DNA of 32,000 nt, taken from NCBI RefSeq assembly GCF_019008365.1, contig NZ_JAHHUL010000007.1:112362-144361 (forward strand), in the 5' to 3' direction. The stretch comes from Phosphitispora fastidiosa (lineage in GTDB: Bacteria; Bacillota; Thermincolia; Thermincolales; UBA2595). Of this stretch, positions 15,170 through 23,269 are shown piece by piece. A program made the translations under genes and the position numbers. Below the pieces are notes generated by a model, which ran no database searches, was not told where the DNA came from, and saw nothing but the letters and a program-made list of their open reading frames with translations. Numbering within the stretch: position 1 is the stretch's first letter; each line of letters starts with the position of its first letter.

Positions 15170-18049
15170 TTGAATGTATTCCTAAGTTATGGTCATGATG
15201 CATATGTTGAGTTAGCTAAGCGTATTAAAACTGATTTAGAAGCACAGGGGTATAAGGTTTGGTTCGACGAAGACAGGATAAACACAACTCACGATTGGGA
15301 AATCTCTATTGAAAAAGGGGTTATTACTTCTGATTGGATAGTAGTCTTAATGACTCCTCATTCCATGAGACGGCCTGACGGAGTGTGCTTAGATGAGCTT
15401 AGTTATGCCCGTTTCCTGGGCAAACAAATTGCCCCAATTATGGTTAGAATTGTACCACCACCTCTGTCTATAGCGCGGATTCAGTGGTTGGATATGCAAA
15501 ACTGTGTGTCTGATGAAACTGGAAAGATTAACGAAGAGCTTTACCAGGACAAGCTTCGCACCCTTTTGAAAACGCTAAATGGCGAATTTGCTCTTGGTTT
15601 TGAAGGGGAACAAGCCAGGTTGCGAGATATCTTAAGGCCCTTAGATAATGAAGCGGATATTGACCGTCATATAAAAGATTTCTATGGACGCCAGTGGATG
15701 TTTGATGCTTTCAAAAAATGGGTAACCGGAGATTTTTCGTCAAGAATTTTTTGGGTTAAAGGAAAAGCCGGCGTAGGGAAGACGGCTTTTGTTGCAGCAC
15801 TTTGCCATAGGGAACCGGTTGTAGTAGCGGTTCATTTTTGTAAGTTCAATGATAATGAGCGAGCAGATTCAAAGAAAGCAATCAGTTCAATATGTTATCA
15901 GCTTGCAATGCAATTACCTGAATACCAAGCAGCGTTGATTGATTTGCCAGAATTAAACATGCTAAGAGAAAAAAATACTAAGAATCTTTTCAATTACCTT
16001 TTGGTTGAGCCATTACGTTCCATTACTAATCCCGGCAAAAGAATGGTTATTGTTATAGATGCTCTTGATGAAGCTTCATGGGGTGGTAAAAACGAATTGG
16101 TTGATGTTTTAACTCAAGAATTTGATAGTATTCCAGAGTGGCTTGGAATTGTGGTAAGCTCCAGGCCTGAACCCGAAATGCTTCGAAAATTATCTAAGTT
16201 TAAACCATATGAATTAGACAATATGGATTTGAGAAATATGGATGATATTAGAGGATATTTTTCGGCCAAACTCTCAAATTATTCTTCAGAGGGACATAAA
16301 GAGGCTGTTGTTCAGAAACTTGTAACTAAAAGTGAGGGTATATTTTTATATGCCCAAGAGGTAATAAAGGAAATTGAGATCAAAAGACTTTCATTGGATA
16401 ATGTTGATGATTTTCCTACGGGACTTACTGGTATCTATCTTAATTACTTTGAACGCCAATTTCAGGATTATAAGTTTTATCAAGAATTAATCCGGCCATT
16501 ATTTGAACTTATTTCTGTAAACTTTGAACCCTTAGCTGTAAATGTTGCTGAAACAATTTTAGGCTGGGATGAATATGACCGGGACGATATATTAGAAAAA
16601 ATAAGCACAATTTTTCCGCTTCGGCAGCTTTGTATTGAGCCTATTCATAAAAGTGTGGTTGATTGGATGACTGATTCGGGGAAAAGTGGCCGTTATCGGA
16701 TAAGCGCCAAAAAGGGCCATCAACGGTTTAGCGATGGTTTATGGAAATTATACAAGAAAGACTTGAATCAACTTCCGGCTTATGGAGTTAAGTATATGGT
16801 ATCTCACTTACTGTTTATCGAAAAGTGGGATGAGTCCATTGAGGCTCTAAACGATTATAGTTTACAGGAAAAGCGTATCAAAATTGTTAGCTTGGATAGT
16901 GCAATGAGAGCGTATTTCATGGAACTTAATCAGGTTTTTATGTTAAGGCCGGAGTTAGTAACTATAGTATTAACTGGAGAGACTTTTCAGTGCCTAATGG
17001 CATTACATAGAAGGTATCTTTACGACTCAGGTTTATTTCTTGATCTTCAGAAAATGGGATTTGATAAAATTCTGGCAGAAAAAAAAGAATTTTGGTTACC
17101 TAAAGCTGAAGTTGCTTGTGCTTTTTATTTATATTTAACGGAAAATTTTATAGAAACTATAGAAAGAGCAAAAAAAATACAGAACTTCGGTATTGTTGAT
17201 AATACAAATACATTGCTGCAATCTGAGTTATACAACCTAATAGGTCTTAATTATAGAAAACTGGCTTGTTTTCAAGAAGCCCGTGATTCATTTGAAAAAT
17301 CAATACAACTCGCTGAATCATCAGGAGATTTATATGAAGCCTCCGCAGGATATATGAATATTGCCAAACTAAATTACCATATGCTCGATTTTGAAGACGC
17401 CTATATGAATAATAATAAAGGGATAGCTCTGTTAACAGAACTGCTGGAATCTAAACTGAAGAGCAATGCTGGTGAGTGTACCAGTTTAAAGCTATTTCTG
17501 GCCGAATATCACCGCCTAGCTGCTGAGACATATCAATGGAACGAGAAAATTAAGGAAGCACTAATCCACCTAGAAATTGCCGGCAATATTTATAAGGAAA
17601 CTAAAGTACGCGACCGGTATTATGTTAGGTGGCTGTATACTTCTGCTTTTCAGCAAATATTGTCAGGTGATTATCATTCGATTAGAAACGATTTTCATTA
17701 TATTACAGGCCTAATCAAGAACGAGTATGACCGGTCGAGAGCGTTCTTTACTGCAAGTTTTGCTAAACTGCTTGAATTTGGTCATACTGGCAACGGAAGG
17801 GTGCTGAGTGATGCAGGCCTGTATGCCAAGGAAGCAATAAAACGGGCAAAGTCAATTAACGCAGTGATTGAAGAACAGGAGGCACAGGTACTGTACAACA
17901 TAATTGCTAAAAAATCCGGAGAAAAGGCGAATTATGAACTCCCTCATGGGAGTAAACAATATATAAAGGATTGGGTTATTTACGTAAATAATTATATCTC
18001 CAAATTTCTAAGGAGGGTGTTAAAACATGAAGATAATATTTTTGGGTAG
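15170..18049 (+). CDS. TIR-STAND (NACHT-like P-loop NTPase)-TPR/helical-repeat protein
   Basis: TIR pattern VFLSYGHD...KVWFDEDRI...VVLMTP...CLDELSYA. Walker A GKAGVGKTAF and Walker B MVIVIDALDEA, plus VVSSRPEP, and a helical-repeat C-terminus. The TTG start at 15170 is preferred (7 nt after GGGGGG, and aligned with the paralogue's start); the track start is 15155. Confidence 0.85.
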   Translation: MNVFLSYGHDAYVELAKRIKTDLEAQGYKVWFDEDRINTTHDWEISIEKGVITSDWIVVLMTPHSMRRPDGVCLDELSYARFLGKQIAPIMVRIVPPPLSIARIQWLDMQNCVSDETGKINEELYQDKLRTLLKTLNGEFALGFEGEQARLRDILRPLDNEADIDRHIKDFYGRQWMFDAFKKWVTGDFSSRIFWVKGKAGVGKTAFVAALCHREPVVVAVHFCKFNDNERADSKKAISSICYQLAMQLPEYQAALIDLPELNMLREKNTKNLFNYLLVEPLRSITNPGKRMVIVIDALDEASWGGKNELVDVLTQEFDSIPEWLGIVVSSRPEPEMLRKLSKFKPYELDNMDLRNMDDIRGYFSAKLSNYSSEGHKEAVVQKLVTKSEGIFLYAQEVIKEIEIKRLSLDNVDDFPTGLTGIYLNYFERQFQDYKFYQELIRPLFELISVNFEPLAVNVAETILGWDEYDRDDILEKISTIFPLRQLCIEPIHKSVVDWMTDSGKSGRYRISAKKGHQRFSDGLWKLYKKDLNQLPAYGVKYMVSHLLFIEKWDESIEALNDYSLQEKRIKIVSLDSAMRAYFMELNQVFMLRPELVTIVLTGETFQCLMALHRRYLYDSGLFLDLQKMGFDKILAEKKEFWLPKAEVACAFYLYLTENFIETIERAKKIQNFGIVDNTNTLLQSELYNLIGLNYRKLACFQEARDSFEKSIQLAESSGDLYEASAGYMNIAKLNYHMLDFEDAYMNNNKGIALLTELLESKLKSNAGECTSLKLFLAEYHRLAAETYQWNEKIKEALIHLEIAGNIYKETKVRDRYYVRWLYTSAFQQILSGDYHSIRNDFHYITGLIKNEYDRSRAFFTASFAKLLEFGHTGNGRVLSDAGLYAKEAIKRAKSINAVIEEQEAQVLYNIIAKKSGEKANYELPHGSKQYIKDWVIYVNNYISKFLRRVLKHEDNIFG

Positions 18050-18776
18050 CGGTGGTTGGATTCCTACCTTTAAAAGGCAGACATGTAGTTTTTTATTGAT
18101 TACCGATAGAAATCTTATATTACTCGATGCTGGTAGTGGCATTTGGCACCTAGGTAATCATACCGATTTACTAAAAAAGTACAGTAAACTAGATATTATA
18201 TTCAGCCATTACCATCTTGACCATGTAATGGGCTTAGCTTTTCTCCCCAATTGGGTTAAAGGATTAACTCTTAATATTTGGGGACCGGGTAAGAAATTTT
18301 ATTGTAACAAATGTGAGGACATTTTAACTCAACTAACATCATCACCTTATTTTTCGCTTCCCATTCAACGTTTTTCAGATGAAGTCATTATTAATGATTA
18401 TGATTTAAACGGGTTTAATATTGGTAATTTAGCTGTTGAGATTACTGCCCAGCAGCATAGTGACCCCTCTTTTGGGATAACTGTTAACGGCTTATTACAT
18501 TATGCAACCGATACGACAGTATTGAAAACTACATTTGAAAAAGCGCGTGATGTCAAATTACTTCTCCATGAATGCTGGGATATTGATAGGGTGGAAAAAT
18601 CTGAGCACTCATCGTTGGATGAAATTGAAGAGATGCTCTCTAATTATGAAGTACCCCTGACAGGACTTATACACATTAATCCCAACTGGGGTCAATCGGA
18701 ATTTGATAAAGCCATCAAGAGAATCAACGGTAGTAAGATATTCCTTGCTAGAGATGATATCGTTGTTAATTTATAA
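18027..18776 (+). CDS. MBL-fold metallo-hydrolase (RNase Z / phosphodiesterase-like)
   Basis: KIIFLGSGG...LLDAGSG...SHYHLDHVMG (HxHxDH motif). RBS AGGAGGG. The gene overlaps the upstream STAND gene by 23 nt. Confidence 0.8.
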   Translation: MKIIFLGSGGWIPTFKRQTCSFLLITDRNLILLDAGSGIWHLGNHTDLLKKYSKLDIIFSHYHLDHVMGLAFLPNWVKGLTLNIWGPGKKFYCNKCEDILTQLTSSPYFSLPIQRFSDEVIINDYDLNGFNIGNLAVEITAQQHSDPSFGITVNGLLHYATDTTVLKTTFEKARDVKLLLHECWDIDRVEKSEHSSLDEIEEMLSNYEVPLTGLIHINPNWGQSEFDKAIKRINGSKIFLARDDIVVNL

Positions 18777-18807
18777 TTATTAGTTTTTTAAATACGGGTG
18801 ATGAGGG

Positions 18808-19590
18808 ATGGATCTAAAACTTGAAAAAATTATAAATGCGGTTATATCTGCTGGAAAGATTGTTTCTTCCAGTATTGGGGATGAAAAATTGATTAAAGAA
18901 AAATCCTATGCTAATTATGTTACAAATATAGATTTGCAGGTCAGCGATTATTTAACAGGTTTTTTGATGAAAGAAGGTTTTACAAACCAAGTCATTACTG
19001 AAGAAAATGAAGTCACGCAATTTGATTTTTCGGAGCCGGTTTGGATTTTAGATCCTATAGATGGTACGACAAACCTGGTTCATGATTATCCTCACTTAGC
19101 TATATCACTGGCCTTTTATGATAGGAAGGGAATATTTGGGGTTATTTATAACCCTATTACTGAGGAACTATTCCATGCAGAGTCAGGTAAAGGAGCCTAT
19201 TTAAACGGAAAGAAAATCAAAGTGTCAAACAATGCTTATCTGAAGGATTCTTTGATAGGGTTTGGATTTCCTTACAACCGTTAATTTACATCGGCGACTT
19301 TTTTTGCTATACAAGATGTTTACTCTGAAAGCCATGATTTACGCAGGACTGGGTCAGCTGCCTTGGATCTGGCATATGTGGCATGTGGTCGGCTAGATGG
19401 TTATTTTGAGATTGGTCTAGGGAGTTGGGATGTTGCCGCTGGAGCGATTATTGTCTTGGAAGCTTGCGGAAAAGTTACGAATTGGCAGGGAAAAGATTGG
19501 AGATTGCGTAAAACTAATAATATAGTTGCCACTAATGCCTTTATTCATGATGAAATATTAAATTATATTTCTGATAAAGGAATAATCTAA
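18808..19590 (+). pseudogene. Inositol monophosphatase (SuhB/CysQ) family gene interrupted by a single in-frame TAA at 19282-19284
   Basis: The two track ORFs (18808-19284 and 19363-19590) are in the same frame. Read-through gives ...[64 protein letters not shown]... This has the spacing seen in E. coli SuhB between its GFPF and [14 protein letters not shown] motifs. N-terminal motifs are EEN and WILDPIDGTTN. Confidence 0.8.
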
Positions 19591-19642
19591 AAGAAATACG
19601 TTTTCTCACAGAAGGAATTAGAAACCTAAGGGGGTCACCAAT

Positions 19643-20641
19643 ATGACCGAAGACCGCAAGGGGAGAAACAGGGACAGGATTAAAGCTTTGGAGGAAATCT
19701 TCAGGGACTGCTACACTGCGGACAGAGAAATATCCATGAGTCAAATAATTGAGCAACTTATCTTACGTGGTATCAGTGCCGAAAGACGGACAATTTATTC
19801 TGATATAGATTTACTGAATGAGATCTGGGATTACAATATAGAAAGAACCTATAGAAAATATAAAGTCACCCGTGGCAGTGGATTCAATGAGGAAGAACTC
19901 CAAATAATCATAGATGCTCTCCTTTCGGCCAGGTTTATTTCCCGGGAAAACACCAGGGAGTTAATTAATAAGCTGCAGGATACCCTTGCTGTCAAGAAGG
20001 AAAAAGGTGCCCTCAACAAGATCAGGGTACAGGAAAGGGTCAAGTACAGCAACAGGGCGATAAAGGAAAACATCTCACGAATAAATGAAGCCATGAGGAA
20101 AAACAAAAAGATTGGGTTTGAATACTGGAAATACATGATGGGACCAGAACCGGAAATGGTCAGGAAAGACTGCCTGGCAAGCCCTTATGGGGTTGCGTGG
20201 TATGAAGATTTTTATTATATGCTGGGTAATTATCAGGAAAAAAGACTGTCATATTACAGGATTGACAGGATGAACAACGTTGTCATTACAGAAGAGCCGC
20301 GGGCAAGCCTTTACGAGGTAATGGGGCGGCATGAACAGTTAAACATAGGTGACCTTTTAAGCAAGCTTGTTTCTCCTGCTTCCGGTGATGAGACCGGAAT
20401 TTCCTTAAGGGTTGACAAGGCTTATCTGGCCCAGGTAAGGGACAAGTTCGGGGACAGGATCAGGGTCAGGGATGAGAATAGCAGAGAGGCCAAGGTCGAT
20501 GTTACCGTAATCAATAATAAGAAGCTTATTCCCTGGATATTGAGCTTCAGAGAAGGAGTAGAGGTCCTTTATCCCAGGGAATTAAGGGAAAGGATAATCT
20601 CAGTGATTGATAAAATGAAAGATAAATACTATGATGAGTAA
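19643..20641 (+). CDS. WYL-domain transcriptional regulator (HTH-WYL-C-terminal extension; BrxR/CapW-like architecture)
   Basis: 332 aa with RBS AAGGGGG. It has an N-terminal HTH-like region and a central PYGVAWYEDFYYMLGNY...YRIDRMNNV WYL-type segment. Confidence 0.7.
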   Translation: MTEDRKGRNRDRIKALEEIFRDCYTADREISMSQIIEQLILRGISAERRTIYSDIDLLNEIWDYNIERTYRKYKVTRGSGFNEEELQIIIDALLSARFISRENTRELINKLQDTLAVKKEKGALNKIRVQERVKYSNRAIKENISRINEAMRKNKKIGFEYWKYMMGPEPEMVRKDCLASPYGVAWYEDFYYMLGNYQEKRLSYYRIDRMNNVVITEEPRASLYEVMGRHEQLNIGDLLSKLVSPASGDETGISLRVDKAYLAQVRDKFGDRIRVRDENSREAKVDVTVINNKKLIPWILSFREGVEVLYPRELRERIISVIDKMKDKYYDE

Positions 20642-20649
20642 ATTTTAGG

Positions 20650-22450
20650 GCGTAAAGCTCTTTTTTTTTGCCTTGTTTTAAGTGTTCGTTTTTTTGTACA
20701 GTAAACCTGGTACACTGCCATTAGACCAGAAAAAATATTAACGAGGAGCATTCCTGTAATAAACAAAAATGAACTTTGAAAAAAGAAGTACCTCACGATA
20801 GAATTGAATTGTGCGATTTGGCCAAAGCACAACAAATCAAAACTACGGGAGGTACCTAAAATGAAGTATACCCAGAATGAAAAGATTCTGCAAGTCACAG
20901 AAAGCACTTTGATTATCGGCGTGGACATAGCCAGCGAAATACACTATGCAAGAGTCTTTGACCAGAGAGGCATCGAATTAGCTAAACTGATTAAATTCAG
21001 TAACGATGCCGAGGGGTTTAAAGAATTTGTCTCATGGGCCGAGGAAATCAAAGACAAGAACAACAAGCATAAAGTAATGGTCGGCATGGAGCCAACAGGT
21101 CATTATTGGTTTAACATAGCTCCTTATCTTAAGGATCACGGAATTAAAATAGTGTTGGTGAATCCGTTTCATGTAAAGCGGAGCAAGGAACTGGATGATA
21201 ACAATCCAACCAAAAATGATCGTAAGGACCCAAAGACCATAGCGATGCTCGTAAAGGATGGTCGATACATGGAGCCGTATATACCGGAAGGAATATACAG
21301 CGAATTAAGGACCGCCATGGAAACACGCTGGCAGATAGTGAAGCAGCTAAACGTAATAAGAAACCGCGTAAAGCGGTGGATTAGTATATACTTCCCTGAA
21401 TTCAACAGAGTATTTGGTGACTGGGAAGGGAAAGCCTCATTGATAATATTAAAGGAGTTCTCAACACCTGCCAAGCTAATTGAAAAGGGCATAGATGGCA
21501 TTATAGCCAGGTGGAAGCAAGATAAACTGAGAGCAGTAGGAAGAAAGCGAGCAAGTGCGCTGATTGAGGTTGCCAGGACCTCTGTCGGAGTGAGAGAAGG
21601 GCTGGTTGCTGCAGAGAATGACCTTGCAATACTGATTGAAGACTATGAAATGAGAATGCAGCAGTACGAGCGGACCCTGCTTATGATTGAGCAACTTGCG
21701 TATCAAATACCAGGAATGCTCGAAATCCTTAAGATAAAAGGTATTGGCCTTGTTACAGCAGCAGGCTTCATAGCAGAAGTTGGTGATATCAGTAGGTTTG
21801 AGCATCCGAAGCAGATACAGAAACTGGCTGGTCTAAGCTTAAAAGAAAATAGCTCTGGTAAACACAAAGGCAAGACAACGATCAGTAAACGGGGCCGAAG
21901 GCGGTTAAGGGCTTTACTATTTCAAGGAATCATGCCGGTGGCAGCTAAAAACCCAGAGTTTCGTGAACTGCACAGCCACTATACCACCAGGAAAAAGAAC
22001 CCGCTAAAGAAAAAGCAGTCTTTAATACTGTTGAGCTGCAAGTTAATCCGAATATTTTTTGCATTGCTAACAAAAGGCGTAGCGTATGACCCACAAAAGA
22101 TGATTAATGATATCAAGAGACCCTTATTACAGGAAGCTGCTTAAGTAAAAAAGTCTCATGCAATCGCAGGTTGAACATTGACAAAACGAGCCGGGATTAG
22201 TCAGGTTGAATCAATTCCATAAGGGCACAAGACCCAGTCGAAGGAGCACAACTGACATCCACCTCATGGGCAGGCAGAACGAAGGAATTTAGGGCACAGA
22301 CCCTGTGAGACATGGGAGGGTTGCCGCCGGAGAACAAGTGGATACCATCGGCCGAAATAAGCGAAAAACTCATAGGGCTTATTAAGGTCAACCTTGTTCA
22401 TCCAGATATATGCAAAAATAGGCATATTGCCCAGATGGCTCGTTTTGAAA
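20650..22450 (+). mobile_element. IS110-family insertion sequence (boundaries approximate)
   Basis: Contains the DEDD-type transposase gene with long non-coding flanks. IS110 elements lack classical terminal IRs, so the ends cannot be fixed from one copy. Confidence 0.6.
20861..22144 (+). CDS. IS110-family (DEDD) transposase/recombinase
   Basis: ATG at 20861 follows GGGAGG. The IGVDIASEIHY, VGMEPTGHYW, NPTKNDRKDPKTIA and IKGIGLVTAAGFIAEVGDISRF motifs are typical of the Transposase_9 and Transposase_20 domains. Confidence 0.9.
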   Translation: MKYTQNEKILQVTESTLIIGVDIASEIHYARVFDQRGIELAKLIKFSNDAEGFKEFVSWAEEIKDKNNKHKVMVGMEPTGHYWFNIAPYLKDHGIKIVLVNPFHVKRSKELDDNNPTKNDRKDPKTIAMLVKDGRYMEPYIPEGIYSELRTAMETRWQIVKQLNVIRNRVKRWISIYFPEFNRVFGDWEGKASLIILKEFSTPAKLIEKGIDGIIARWKQDKLRAVGRKRASALIEVARTSVGVREGLVAAENDLAILIEDYEMRMQQYERTLLMIEQLAYQIPGMLEILKIKGIGLVTAAGFIAEVGDISRFEHPKQIQKLAGLSLKENSSGKHKGKTTISKRGRRRLRALLFQGIMPVAAKNPEFRELHSHYTTRKKNPLKKKQSLILLSCKLIRIFFALLTKGVAYDPQKMINDIKRPLLQEAA

Positions 22451-22519
22451 AATGTGAAAATCTAAGATTTCAAGAGCAAATTAAAGAAAATGAAAGATTA
22501 TAGAGGGAGGAATGCGAAA

Positions 22520-23233
22520 ATGAAAAATGGAACCTTGAAGGGTAAAAGAATTGCCATCCTGGTATTGATTGCTTTTATGACTGCCCTGTTTGCCACTCCG
22601 GCTTATGCATGGCACGGTTCAGGTGAATATGCAACTGAACAGGACGTGCATCTGACTGATACTTACTGGTGGGCGAGAGACATGGGATTTGCCGTTAATG
22701 AAGCAAAAACAATTGCCAGGGCTTGTGACGGTGTGGATTTTAGTTGGAAATATTTTGACAAGGACTGGCACCTGGATCGGCGGGAAGACAGCGGTGATAC
22801 TATTGATACCAGGGAGAGACATGCCATCCAGGAAATGAACAAAGCCAAATATTATATCAGCAAAGTGCCGGGATCCGGTTATTGGAAAGCCCGGTATTAC
22901 AGGAATGAAGCATGGAAACACCTGGGCAGAGGCCTTCATGCGCTACAGGACATATATGGCCATATGGATGCCGGGGTTGGCAAACCCATCGATGATGACA
23001 GGTATCCTTTCAGCCACGGAATGGCCGGTGTTATGGTGGACGCGACAGATGTGGACGGCACAGTCAGGGAAATGGCTGTGGAAAACCTCTATGATGATGT
23101 ATTATGGGATTATACCGAGGAAGAGGGCTGGCATCGTCACCATACCAAAGAGGAAGGTACCAGGTGGACAGAGACGAAAAAGGCTTCAAAAAAATATATG
23201 TATGAATTCCTGTCATATGGATACGGGTCTTAA
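22520..23233 (+). CDS. Secreted zinc-dependent phospholipase C-like protein
   Basis: Signal peptide KRIAILVLIAFMTALFATPAYA|WHG leaves an N-terminal Trp after cleavage. LHALQDIYGHMDA resembles the PLC zinc motif (B. cereus LHYLGDVNQPMHA, as recalled). ATG at 22520 follows GGGAGG. Confidence 0.5.
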   Translation: MKNGTLKGKRIAILVLIAFMTALFATPAYAWHGSGEYATEQDVHLTDTYWWARDMGFAVNEAKTIARACDGVDFSWKYFDKDWHLDRREDSGDTIDTRERHAIQEMNKAKYYISKVPGSGYWKARYYRNEAWKHLGRGLHALQDIYGHMDAGVGKPIDDDRYPFSHGMAGVMVDATDVDGTVREMAVENLYDDVLWDYTEEEGWHRHHTKEEGTRWTETKKASKKYMYEFLSYGYGS

Positions 23234-23269
23234 AGGAAAGTTTGAGAAGTTTGGGAGAGAGGCAGCTCT

